Assembly (NCBI GenBank): GCA_016178135.1
Contig: JACOTW010000007.1
Location: forward strand, 431-64,430
Origin: Candidatus Saccharimonadota bacterium
GTDB taxonomy: Bacteria > Patescibacteriota > Saccharimonadia > Saccharimonadales > JACOTW01
DNA length: 64,000 nt
Direction of reading: 5' to 3'
Every line of letters starts with the position of its first letter. Position 1 is the stretch's first letter. Shown here one piece after another: positions 53,695 through 62,571 of the stretch. The notes under the pieces are model-generated. The model saw nothing but the letters and a program-made list of their open reading frames with translations, made no database searches and was not told where the DNA came from. Position numbers and translations under genes: made by a program.

Positions 53695-55395
53695 TTGGAG
53701 TCTTGCATGAATAGTGTCTTTACCGAACTAAGCATTGTTATTGTCTTTAGCGTTTTTGTAAGTATGTTTTTGCGTTTTATTCGACAGCCGATGATCATTG
53801 GTCATATTATCACCGGTATTTTAGTAGGGCCGATTGCTTTTCATGTTATTAAATCTCCTGAAACATTTGAAGTTTTTGGACAATTCGGCATTGCTCTTTT
53901 ATTGCTTATCGTTGGTATCGGATTAAATCCTCGCGTAATCCAGGAAGTTGGTAAAATTGCCGCGTTAATCGCATTCAGTAAAGTTACCCTTACTACTGGT
54001 TTTGGTTTCGCGATATCAAGACTTTTTGGCTATGATCAAGTAGCGTCTCTGTACATTGGTATCGGGCTATCATTTTCAAGTACCATTATTATTTTGAAAT
54101 TATTGACGGATAAGAAAGAGCAGAATCGCCTGTATGGCAAGATCTCAGTTGGCTTTCTTCTAGTAGAAGACCTGATTGCCACACTGGTCTTAATTGGTGT
54201 CGCAGCCACTGGTAGTGGCGGGCTATCACTTAACGATATAACCCAATTAATATTAAAAGCCGCTTTGATTATAGGTGGCGTGATGCTAGTACGCGGTGCC
54301 TTATTGCCTAGACTAAATAATATTATTGCGGGATCGCAAGAATTTTTATTTATTTTTGCGATTGGCTGGAGTTTAGGATTAGCCACGCTATTTGACAAGC
54401 TCGGATTTAGTCTTGAGATTGGCGCTCTACTGGCCGGTATCACACTAGCGTCACAGCCCTACGCCCAAGAGATAGCTTCTAGATTAAAACCCTTGCGCGA
54501 TTTCTTCATCGTACTGTTTTTTATATCGCTCGGATCACATCTGGGAGTAGACCACATAGAATCTATCCTGCCAAAAGCTTTAGTGTTTTCTAGTCTGGTT
54601 TTAGTAGGAAATCCGATAATCGTCATGACCGTCATGGGCTTATCGGGCTATACCAAAAAATCTAGCTTTAAAGTTGGAATTGCTGGTGCACAAGTTAGCG
54701 AATTCTCATTTATATTGTTGCTGTTAGCTAATCAACTTGGTCAGATTAGTACCGAAATAGTTTCTTTGGTAACTATTACCGCTCTAATCACTATCGCGGT
54801 ATCTACCTATGTGATAAATTATTCTGATAAATTATATAGCTTATTCGAACGCTACTTGCACTTGTTTGAAAGACAAAATTTACGTGCAGAACACGAACGC
54901 AGTCAGCACTTTGATTTAGTACTGATTGGCTATCAAAAAGGTGGCCATGAGTTTCTTAAAGTATTTCAGCGGCTACATCATTCTTATACTGTAATAGATT
55001 ATGATCCGACTGTTATAGACACGCTTGAACGTAACCACATAAATTATATGTACGGTGATGTTACCGACCCCGAGCTTTTAAATGAAATCGATTTAGAACG
55101 TGCTAAATTGATTGTCTCAAATCTCTCGGATCTACCGACTAATCAATTTTTGTTGAGGTGGATGGAAACTCATAATCCTCATGTGGTTTTTATATGTTCC
55201 GCTGATACTATTGAACACGCTGCCGAGCTTTATAGTTTAGGAGCAGCTTACGTCATGTTGCCACATTACATCGGTAGCGAAAAAATTGGAGCTTTTATAA
55301 AAAAGAATGGACTTAAAAAAAGCGAGTTCAAAAAGTACCGAGAACGGCATCTGGCATATCTACAAAGCCACTACTCTGCTTCTAGTGAAGTGTAG
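53695..55395 (+). CDS. CPA2 cation:proton antiporter (Kef-type) with a C-terminal TrkA-N-like domain
   Basis: About 12 TM segments and the C-terminal LVLIGYQKGGHEF Rossmann-like domain. The likely start is at 53707. Confidence 0.85.
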   Translation: MESCMNSVFTELSIVIVFSVFVSMFLRFIRQPMIIGHIITGILVGPIAFHVIKSPETFEVFGQFGIALLLLIVGIGLNPRVIQEVGKIAALIAFSKVTLTTGFGFAISRLFGYDQVASLYIGIGLSFSSTIIILKLLTDKKEQNRLYGKISVGFLLVEDLIATLVLIGVAATGSGGLSLNDITQLILKAALIIGGVMLVRGALLPRLNNIIAGSQEFLFIFAIGWSLGLATLFDKLGFSLEIGALLAGITLASQPYAQEIASRLKPLRDFFIVLFFISLGSHLGVDHIESILPKALVFSSLVLVGNPIIVMTVMGLSGYTKKSSFKVGIAGAQVSEFSFILLLLANQLGQISTEIVSLVTITALITIAVSTYVINYSDKLYSLFERYLHLFERQNLRAEHERSQHFDLVLIGYQKGGHEFLKVFQRLHHSYTVIDYDPTVIDTLERNHINYMYGDVTDPELLNEIDLERAKLIVSNLSDLPTNQFLLRWMETHNPHVVFICSADTIEHAAELYSLGAAYVMLPHYIGSEKIGAFIKKNGLKKSEFKKYRERHLAYLQSHYSASSEV

Positions 55396-56109
55396 AGTCC
55401 GTTTCTCTTGATATAATTCAACACAGGGATAGCAAGGCCTTCGGGTTCCTTGCCGTTACGAATAGCTTGCTTGATTTTCCTCGATGAAACTTTTGGTAAA
55501 TTATGAGCAATAATCTGGTAGCGGAATCTTAGACCTCTGGTCTTCTCTAAGTTCTCCAAGGTTCTTTGAATTCTATTTTCGTCAGACTGACGCACACTAA
55601 CTATGAAACTATAGTCCCCGCAAAACAAATTCGTGGGTTTTTGAAGCAATGATCTTTGAGCCAAAAACTGACTTTTCCGAGAGAGACATATCCTTAGATA
55701 CGTTGAACGAGGAAAGGCGGTTTTGGGCCAAAGAGGGTGATTCGAATGACTGCAGCAAGCACTCTACGTGTGGCCAGCCGGCCAGATGGTCCAACATGTC
55801 GTCGCCTATCAGCATGTATAGATCCGCTCCTTTGAAACGTTCGGTCAGTAGAGGCAAAGTATCGGCTGGCGTAAACCGCTGCTGATTTAGCACTATGCTC
55901 CCTAGACTATGTTCGTTTTTTATAGCTAGTCTGACCATTTCCGTACGATGCTCAAAGGCTTTTACGCCTTGTTTGCGGCGCGGTCTTGGCTCAACCAGAA
56001 AAAAGATTTTGTCTAGATTGCATTGTTTTAGTGCAGCATTCGCAAAAGCAATATGACCATCGTGTACCGGATCAAACGTCCCTGAATATATTCCTATTCT
56101 GCTTTTCAT
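55371..56109 (-). pseudogene. nadD: nicotinate-nucleotide adenylyltransferase gene interrupted by a family-A element
   Basis: The N-terminal part contains SGTFDPVHDGH and ends ...WPHVECLLQS (56109-55747). The C-terminal part, FIVSVRQ...VSSRKIKQAIRNG...VLNYIKRNGLY (55607-55371), is in another frame. Removing 139 or 136 nt restores one ORF. Confidence 0.8.
55610..55746 (+). mobile_element. family-A element, copy A4, inside nadD
   Basis: Its core is identical to A1-A3. The right end is 4 nt shorter (…GATTCGAA|TGACTG). Confidence 0.85.
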
Positions 56110-56129
56110 TATGGTTATATTTTATCTCT

Positions 56130-57410
56130 TTAGTTTAGTTTAGATTCGGCTTTGCAGTTTGGGCAGCATATTTTAGATTTGGTCTTGATAGCATCCACGG
56201 TTTTTTTACAAAACGGACAGGTGACACATTTCATAATTTCTTTTTTTTCGTTTTTATCATCTTTTTTGCCAAAAATCATTTTGTGCACGTCGGCAACCGC
56301 TGCCTCCAGAATGTTGCCAATACTACCGCCGCAAGCTAGCAAAACTTCGCCGAGTTGCTGCGCTGAACGGAAAGACTCCGATACTTCCTCTGCCAGAAGG
56401 TTGTACAAAGCTGTTATGTCTTCGACATATCGAACATCGCGAGCGTCTGACCACAATGCTTGCGGCGCAATATTGTTATCAATACGCCGCTTAACGGCCG
56501 CCCATATCCCATAAGTCAGTTTCTTTTTCGCTATTTCTAACTCTTTTCCATTTAGCTCGCTTAAAGCCAACTTTATACTCTCATCCTTGTAATAAGCCAA
56601 TAGATCGGTTTGCTGGTGGAGAAGCTGCCAGGAATTTTGTTTATCTAGAGATGTGCGCCCTGCATATGTCTCGATACCCAGTTTTGCCGATAGTATCTGG
56701 TCATAGATATTACGGAGCTGCTCGGGTAGATCCTCGACTGAGTTTACTACTGGCTGGATGTCTACCATGTCATCAGCCGTTGTGCCCTCAGGAACCTTTG
56801 CTCCGGCTGCATCTAATACTCCACTGAAGCTATCCATGTCGCTCCGATCAACCGTCAGCGAAGTTATCACTACACTTCCGTCTTTCTGCTTAGTTGATAC
56901 TCGAATAAAACCCAGATCCCGGCCAGGCCAAAAACCTTGCTCCATTACAAAACGCCGGCCATGATGTAGATAAGCTTCGTGTGCAAATGGCGAACATACT
57001 ACCAAGCTTTGACCCGGCTCTAAGCCCTCAAGCTTATAGCCTTCTTGCCATTCATAGTATGCCCTTCTTGCCAGGAACCCCGCCCTCGGATCCTTCTCTG
57101 CTTTTGCTTCAGCAGCCCGCAGCCCATTCACGAAAGCCGCTACATAAGGTCGCCACTCTCCTTTGTCAAAATAAGATAAAATCCCATCATGTATTTCTAG
57201 TCTGAAGTCAGTACGCATCGGGCGGTCAATGCCTTCAGCAATCATGCTCAGGTCTTCATCATCTACGCGTTTCAGAGTCTCTGGCAAAATAGCGCCGGTA
57301 CGCCGCAAATCTCCACGCATCATATCAATTGATGCGACTGGGTTATAAAACTCCTCCTTGGTTCTCGCCAGTTCCGGGCGAAACCCTAGCTCAGCAACTG
57401 CCGTAGACAT
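56130..57410 (-). CDS. uncharacterised 426-aa protein with a C-terminal zinc ribbon
   Basis: GAGGGG RBS, and the C-terminal CVTCPFCKK...CCPNCK. GC looks higher than in neighbouring genes. No family recognised. Confidence 0.6.
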   Translation of the reverse strand: MSTAVAELGFRPELARTKEEFYNPVASIDMMRGDLRRTGAILPETLKRVDDEDLSMIAEGIDRPMRTDFRLEIHDGILSYFDKGEWRPYVAAFVNGLRAAEAKAEKDPRAGFLARRAYYEWQEGYKLEGLEPGQSLVVCSPFAHEAYLHHGRRFVMEQGFWPGRDLGFIRVSTKQKDGSVVITSLTVDRSDMDSFSGVLDAAGAKVPEGTTADDMVDIQPVVNSVEDLPEQLRNIYDQILSAKLGIETYAGRTSLDKQNSWQLLHQQTDLLAYYKDESIKLALSELNGKELEIAKKKLTYGIWAAVKRRIDNNIAPQALWSDARDVRYVEDITALYNLLAEEVSESFRSAQQLGEVLLACGGSIGNILEAAVADVHKMIFGKKDDKNEKKEIMKCVTCPFCKKTVDAIKTKSKICCPNCKAESKLN

Positions 57411-57625
57411 AAAACCCCTCGGTTCCTAAGCAGAGCCAAGGGTTTCCAAAAAAACCTTTGCTCCTGCTCGGGAGGCTTAACGCTGTTTCGGACTATCACC
57501 AGAACTTGGGTCAGTGAGCGATGACTCATGCTCCGTATGAGTGCAGGCTCGCTGGTCCAAATGTCTGGAACCGTTGCGGCACAGTGAGGGAATTACACCC
57601 TACTTCCAGCTATATTTTGTTAAAA
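57411..57625 (-). promoter_or_regulatory. cobalamin-riboswitch-like 5' leader
   Basis: The minus-strand RNA reads GGAAGUAGGGUGUAAUUCCCUCACUGUGCCGCAACGGU, then GACCAGCGAGCCUGCA (B12-box-like), then hairpins and a U7 run before the RBS. It matches my recollection of the RF00174 core. Confidence 0.55.
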
Positions 57626-57669
57626 GTACTGGTAGTTTAGCACACACCGACTACGCTATATGTAGTAGT

Positions 57670-58467
57670 TTATACAAAGAAGGTAACCGTAAGAACAATT
57701 ACCGCTAGAGCTATACGGTAACAAGCAAAAACTGCCAAAGTATGTTTAGCCAAATATTTCAACAGAAAGCCAATGGCAAACAACCCACTCAAGAACGCAG
57801 TAATAATACCAACAGCAAACAAGGAAATTTCATTCTGAACTAGGTTTAGGGAATTTTCACTTATCAACACTTTTCCAATTGCCCCGGCGGTAATAGGTAT
57901 GCCCAGCAAAAAAGAAAATCTAGTAGCCGCTACTCTGTCCATGCCCATAAAAAGTCCAGCAGTAATTGTACTACCAGAACGCGATACGCCAGGAATAATT
58001 GCTACTGCTTGAGCCAGACCAATACCGGCCGCTTGCCCTATGGTCACTTTTTCTAATTTAGTCTTGTGCCGATAACGTTTTGCGTACCACTCCGCACCAA
58101 GCATAATAAATGCTACTAGCAACAAATTGATAGCAACTAAATTGACCGAACGAAATGCTGATTCGGCCGCACTTTCCAGTAAAACACCAACAATAACCGC
58201 TGGCACAGTAGCCAATACTAGCAACCAAGCCAAGTGTTTTAAATTATTCTTCCCTAAAATCCCTTGAAAAAGTTGCCAAAGTTCTTTGTAAAAGAAAATA
58301 ATTAACGCCAGTAAAGTACCAAGATGCAAGGCAACGTCAAACGTCAACCCGTTTTCGGTTATGCCTAAAGCCTGATGCATAAGCACCAGATGCCCAGAGC
58401 TAGATACTGGAATAAATTCTGTTAAACCTTGAACCAGGCCTAAAATAATGGCTTGTATTATATTCAT
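57670..58467 (-). CDS. uppP: undecaprenyl-diphosphate phosphatase
   Basis: LGLVQGLTEFIPVSSSGHL and PGVSRSG motifs, with 8 TM segments. Confidence 0.9.
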   Translation of the reverse strand: MNIIQAIILGLVQGLTEFIPVSSSGHLVLMHQALGITENGLTFDVALHLGTLLALIIFFYKELWQLFQGILGKNNLKHLAWLLVLATVPAVIVGVLLESAAESAFRSVNLVAINLLLVAFIMLGAEWYAKRYRHKTKLEKVTIGQAAGIGLAQAVAIIPGVSRSGSTITAGLFMGMDRVAATRFSFLLGIPITAGAIGKVLISENSLNLVQNEISLFAVGIITAFLSGLFAIGFLLKYLAKHTLAVFACYRIALAVIVLTVTFFV

Positions 58468-58928
58468 TGCCGAGAAGTATACACGCGCTTTTTAAGTACT
58501 GAAAGTTTCGGCAAAAATGACTGTACAGCACCATCTAGACCCAAAACTTTTAGTGCGCCTACTAGCACATAAAGTTCATCTAGTTTTTTCTGTTCTAGCT
58601 TCGTGTCCTGGTCAAGATTTCTAAAGAAATATTCTACCCTTTCTATTAACCATTTTTCCTCACCTGGCTTAATTTCGTTACTTTGAAGCTTGGAAACGTC
58701 TGCGATCTTAACAACTTCAAGCGAACGAGCAGAATGATCACGCTTTCTCAAATGACCACGTTTAATCAAACTATTTACGTGCAACGCCACTGTTGCTACG
58801 GAACTATAATTAAGTGCCGTCATAATTTCTCGGTAACTGGGGCTATAGCCATGTTGTCCTATAAACAGCCCTATAAACTCCAGCGTTGCTTTCTGCTTTT
58901 TCGTCGGTCTCATAATTTCATCTTTCAT
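58464..58928 (-). CDS. LexA-type winged-helix DNA-binding protein lacking the S24 peptidase domain
   Basis: The N-terminal TKKQKATLEFIGLFIGQHGYSPSYREIMTALNYSSVATVALHVNSLIKRGHL. There is no Ser/Lys dyad region. Confidence 0.7.
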   Translation of the reverse strand: MKDEIMRPTKKQKATLEFIGLFIGQHGYSPSYREIMTALNYSSVATVALHVNSLIKRGHLRKRDHSARSLEVVKIADVSKLQSNEIKPGEEKWLIERVEYFFRNLDQDTKLEQKKLDELYVLVGALKVLGLDGAVQSFLPKLSVLKKRVYTSRQ

Positions 58929-58931
58929 AAT

Positions 58932-59423
58932 TTATATCCTGTAAGCACTGTGGCCATGTGGTCGATGAGCTACAACTTTCGCTATACTAATTTTTGCTTT
59001 CTTGTACGATTTAAACTTTTCTGGAAAAACCCAATATTTATACCACAAGTAATTCCAGACCGTGAAGAATCCACTCGATACGAACTGACCTATGTACGGC
59101 GTAAGCCCAGCCACTTTTAGGCCGTAAACAATCAGGTAGTCCAGCACAAAATCCATTAGCGTAATAATGATATAACGGTTTGTAACTTCGGTTTCATGTT
59201 TTTTTAGGCCAGGGTTTTTAAATACCCAGAAGCGTTGCAATAAATAATTAGCCGTCCAGCCAAACAAAGTCGAAAGAGACTTCGCCCAGAAAAAACTTCC
59301 GTCCAAAATCTTATCAATAAAGAAAAACATTAAATAACCAGACCAAAAATATGCCCCGCCGCTAACAATATATTCGGTAATTCTAGTTATTTCGATACGT
59401 TGTTTTTTCTTAAATTTGAACAT
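58932..59423 (-). CDS. GtrA-family membrane protein
   Basis: Four TM segments and FVSSGFFTVWNYLWYKYWVF. Confidence 0.75.
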   Translation of the reverse strand: MFKFKKKQRIEITRITEYIVSGGAYFWSGYLMFFFIDKILDGSFFWAKSLSTLFGWTANYLLQRFWVFKNPGLKKHETEVTNRYIIITLMDFVLDYLIVYGLKVAGLTPYIGQFVSSGFFTVWNYLWYKYWVFPEKFKSYKKAKISIAKVVAHRPHGHSAYRI

Positions 59424-60708
59424 GTTTTTGCTTTTTGTTCATCATAACAGATAGAGCTATACCTGTCATCCCCCACCACAAAAGTGCCAGCGTATCATCT
59501 GTCCAGGCATGGGAAAACATATTTACAATTGTCAAACCAACAAATACCGCCAAAAGAATTCTCGCCAAAATGTCTTGTTTCTGTTGCCAGAGTAATCTAG
59601 CTACCAGCAAATTAATCATCATAAATAGCATCATGCCCAGCCAGCCAACTTCCTGCCCAACTTGCAGAAAATAATTTTCAGCAATACGTGGCGTATGGTT
59701 ATTTCTAAATGATGCTGGCCCAGCCGTTCCTGGACCGCGCCCAATTGGCTCCCGCACAACATCTTGGATTCCGTTATTCAGTGCCTCAACCCTATCTTCA
59801 TTAGAACTTTCAACAGAAGTGGATGTCGTGTCGGTATGAAAAACCGTATTCTGCACCACTTGGTTGTTACGAAATATCACTACGCCAGCCAAAGTAACAA
59901 CAATGAAAATAACAGCCGTTAAATACCAATATTGTTTTGCTTTCTTATCACGTAGCGACCAATAACTAAATAATCCAGCAGCTATAAATAAACCCAGCCA
60001 AGCGCTACGAGAATAGGTATAAAACAGTGCCGTACCCGCAACAGCTAACGCTATTATATTTAAGACTTTGTGGCGTTTCATCCACAAAAACATAATAGCC
60101 AAAACTAGATATGCTCCTAGGGGATTAGCACCGCGAAGTGTTGATTGAATACGCCGATAATCAATCTTGTTATCAACAGTTTGATAGGCCGGTATAGTTT
60201 TAGGGCCATAACCAAAATGCTTCAGAAAGTCATACGGTAAAACAAAACGCTGCAAAATACCAAAACTTATTACAATCAAAGCTGGAATCACCACAATTTT
60301 TTGCCAGTGCCGCTTCAAAAATTCGTTTTTTGAGGAGACAACCAAACAGATCATAAAAAAGCCCAAAAATCGCAAGTCGATAAGTAAACCATATATCAAT
60401 GCATTACGGTTTACATTGCCAATTAAAAGTGCCCGCGCACCTAAAATAATATACACAAACGTGTAGAGAAGAATTAGGCGTGGTAACCAACTTGTTTTCA
60501 GCCATTTTTTTATACTGGGTTCACGCCAGGCCAGCCAAATAGCCAATGGCGATAAGGCAACAATAATTAACTCTTTCCAGATACGCCAACTATCTAAATG
60601 CCCAAAATTACTACCCAGCCAAGTGGTAAAAAACGCGTGAAATGGTAAAAGTATTAAGACTATGGCTATAATCCATGAAAGCTTTCGAGTCAGCGCGACG
60701 TCGTTCAT
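59410..60708 (-). CDS. O-antigen ligase/polymerase-like (Wzy_C) membrane protein
   Basis: About 11 TM segments and a YSRSAWLG loop motif. Confidence 0.75.
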   Translation of the reverse strand: MNDVALTRKLSWIIAIVLILLPFHAFFTTWLGSNFGHLDSWRIWKELIIVALSPLAIWLAWREPSIKKWLKTSWLPRLILLYTFVYIILGARALLIGNVNRNALIYGLLIDLRFLGFFMICLVVSSKNEFLKRHWQKIVVIPALIVISFGILQRFVLPYDFLKHFGYGPKTIPAYQTVDNKIDYRRIQSTLRGANPLGAYLVLAIMFLWMKRHKVLNIIALAVAGTALFYTYSRSAWLGLFIAAGLFSYWSLRDKKAKQYWYLTAVIFIVVTLAGVVIFRNNQVVQNTVFHTDTTSTSVESSNEDRVEALNNGIQDVVREPIGRGPGTAGPASFRNNHTPRIAENYFLQVGQEVGWLGMMLFMMINLLVARLLWQQKQDILARILLAVFVGLTIVNMFSHAWTDDTLALLWWGMTGIALSVMMNKKQKHVQI

Positions 60709-60729
60709 AATGTTACAATTTAAACACAG

Positions 60730-62175
60730 ATGAAAAACAATGCCTCATTACTCTATAGCTGTTTTTTAGTTGCAGGGGATTTCCTAGCGCTAGTGCTGGC
60801 TTTTGTAGGTGCTTTTATTTTGCGAGTAACTCTTGGTTTTGGTTTAGGCGAACAGGCCGTAGCTAATCCGGTTCACGCTAGAACTTATTTGGGTATTTTC
60901 CTGATTCTTACACCATTTTGGATAATAATCTTTGCCCTACTGGGTCTTTACGGTAGCTCCATTTACGAAAAACGCTTCTCTGAAGCCGGACGGCTACTGA
61001 TAGGTTCTTTTGCTGGACTTTTATTTGTACTTAGCTATGCCTACATAATAAACGAACCAATTTTTCCAGCCAAACTTGTGCCCGTTTATGGATTTATTCT
61101 AGCTTTCTTACTCTTACTAATTTTTCGTAATCTAGCACGATGGACGAGGAGCGTCCTGTTTACTTACAATATTGGTATTACTCATCTACTGATTGTTGGG
61201 GACACTCGGATTACGGCCGAACTAATTGAGACTCTGCACAATAGTCGGCTTTCTGGGTACAAGATCGTAGGAGTTGTGGGTCATAATAATATCCCCGACA
61301 ATACTAGTCTGGCAATATTTAATAATTTCGCCGAGGCAATCGACAAGATTGGGCCAGAAGACATCCACTCCATTGTCCAGACAGAACTGTACTCCAACAG
61401 CGACAAAAACAATGAGATTCTGACTTTTTCGCAGGAGCATCACATAGCTTATCGTTTTGTGCCAGGTAACACCGAATTGTTTGTGGGGAACCTAGAGGTG
61501 GAACTTTTCCGCCAATCGGTTCCAGTAGTTGCTGTTCATCAAACAGCGTTAATTGGTTGGGGTAGGATTGTAAAAAGAGTCTTCGACATGGTTGTAGGGT
61601 GCTTATTGCTTATAGTTGCTTCTCCACTCTTGGCAATAATCTCACTTTTACAATTATTAAACGGTGGTGACGTATTTTTCAGGCAAACCAGGCTTACTAG
61701 GTTCAACCACAAATTTAAGGTCTATAAGTTCCGGACCGTACGCCCCGCCTACAACGGCCTGTCCCCCGAAGAAGCATTTAAAAAAATGGGCAAGCCGGAA
61801 CTTATTAAAAAATACCGTGACTCTGGCGACCAGCTCATGAATGACCCGCGTATTGGTAAGTTCGGCCGTTTTCTTAGAGCCACTAGTCTAGATGAGCTTC
61901 CTCAATTGTTTAACGTATTAAAAGGAGATTTAAGCCTGGTTGGGCCACGCGCGCTTGTGCCCGAAGAACTCAGTACGTACGAAAAACGGCACGCAATCCT
62001 AAGTGTTAAATCTGGGCTAACTGGTTTGGCGGTAGTTTCTGGTAGGCGCAATATTAGTTTTGAAGAACGCCGCAAGCTAGACATGTACTACGTTCAAAAC
62101 TGGAGCTTTTGGTTAGATATAGTCATTCTACTTAAAACAATTCGGGTAGTACTAACCGGCTCCGGAGCCAAGTGA
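60730..62175 (+). CDS. polyprenyl-phosphate sugar phosphotransferase (WbaP/Bac_transf family)
   Basis: An N-terminal TM block and the C-terminal RATSLDELPQLFNVLKGDLSLVGPR. Confidence 0.9.
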   Translation: MKNNASLLYSCFLVAGDFLALVLAFVGAFILRVTLGFGLGEQAVANPVHARTYLGIFLILTPFWIIIFALLGLYGSSIYEKRFSEAGRLLIGSFAGLLFVLSYAYIINEPIFPAKLVPVYGFILAFLLLLIFRNLARWTRSVLFTYNIGITHLLIVGDTRITAELIETLHNSRLSGYKIVGVVGHNNIPDNTSLAIFNNFAEAIDKIGPEDIHSIVQTELYSNSDKNNEILTFSQEHHIAYRFVPGNTELFVGNLEVELFRQSVPVVAVHQTALIGWGRIVKRVFDMVVGCLLLIVASPLLAIISLLQLLNGGDVFFRQTRLTRFNHKFKVYKFRTVRPAYNGLSPEEAFKKMGKPELIKKYRDSGDQLMNDPRIGKFGRFLRATSLDELPQLFNVLKGDLSLVGPRALVPEELSTYEKRHAILSVKSGLTGLAVVSGRRNISFEERRKLDMYYVQNWSFWLDIVILLKTIRVVLTGSGAK

Positions 62176-62208
62176 GGCGAAGCCTCACGAGAAGTTAGAA
62201 GATAGAAT

Positions 62209-62571
62209 ATGGAAGATAGAATATCCAGCTTCGAAGATCTGCGCGTTTGGCAAGAAAGCCAAATATCAGCAGTAATGACGTATAGGCTCGTGAAGCAACT
62301 GCCCAAAGATGAAGTCTTTGGACTTATTAGTCAGATGAAACGGGCGGTGGCTTCAGTTTCGGCAAATATTGCAGAGGGTTTTGGGAGAAAAACAAACAAA
62401 GACAAATTACAGTTCTACAGAATTGCATATGGATCGTTGCTTGAGACGAAAAATTTTCTTTATCTCAGCGAAAAGCTTCGGTACATCTCCAACACACAGC
62501 TTGAGGAAATACTTGAGCAAGTGGTTATCTGCCAGAAATTACTGAATGCGTTCATGAGGCCCCTCAAATGA
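62209..62571 (+). CDS. four-helix-bundle protein (23S rRNA intervening-sequence protein family)
   Basis: FEDLRVWQES...SANIAEGFGR...Y.IAYGSLLETK pattern. Confidence 0.8.
   Translation: MEDRISSFEDLRVWQESQISAVMTYRLVKQLPKDEVFGLISQMKRAVASVSANIAEGFGRKTNKDKLQFYRIAYGSLLETKNFLYLSEKLRYISNTQLEEILEQVVICQKLLNAFMRPLK

Noticed and set aside
1706-55885. A recurring ORF encoding MIFEPKTDFSERDISLDTLNEERRFWAKEGDSK (1706-1915, 7993-8394, 49308-49547, 55649-55885) could be a multi-copy small protein gene.
   Set aside because: The conserved part coincides exactly with the palindromic family-A core. ORF ends differ in every copy, all three frames on both strands are open across the element, and there is no RBS. 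It is best explained as a non-coding repeat.
57411-57625. The leader could be an NAD+ riboswitch, because nadD is in the operon.
   Set aside because: I could not find the tandem nadA-motif or pnuC-motif features. The conserved blocks fit the cobalamin core and B12 box much better. This remains to be confirmed with covariance models.
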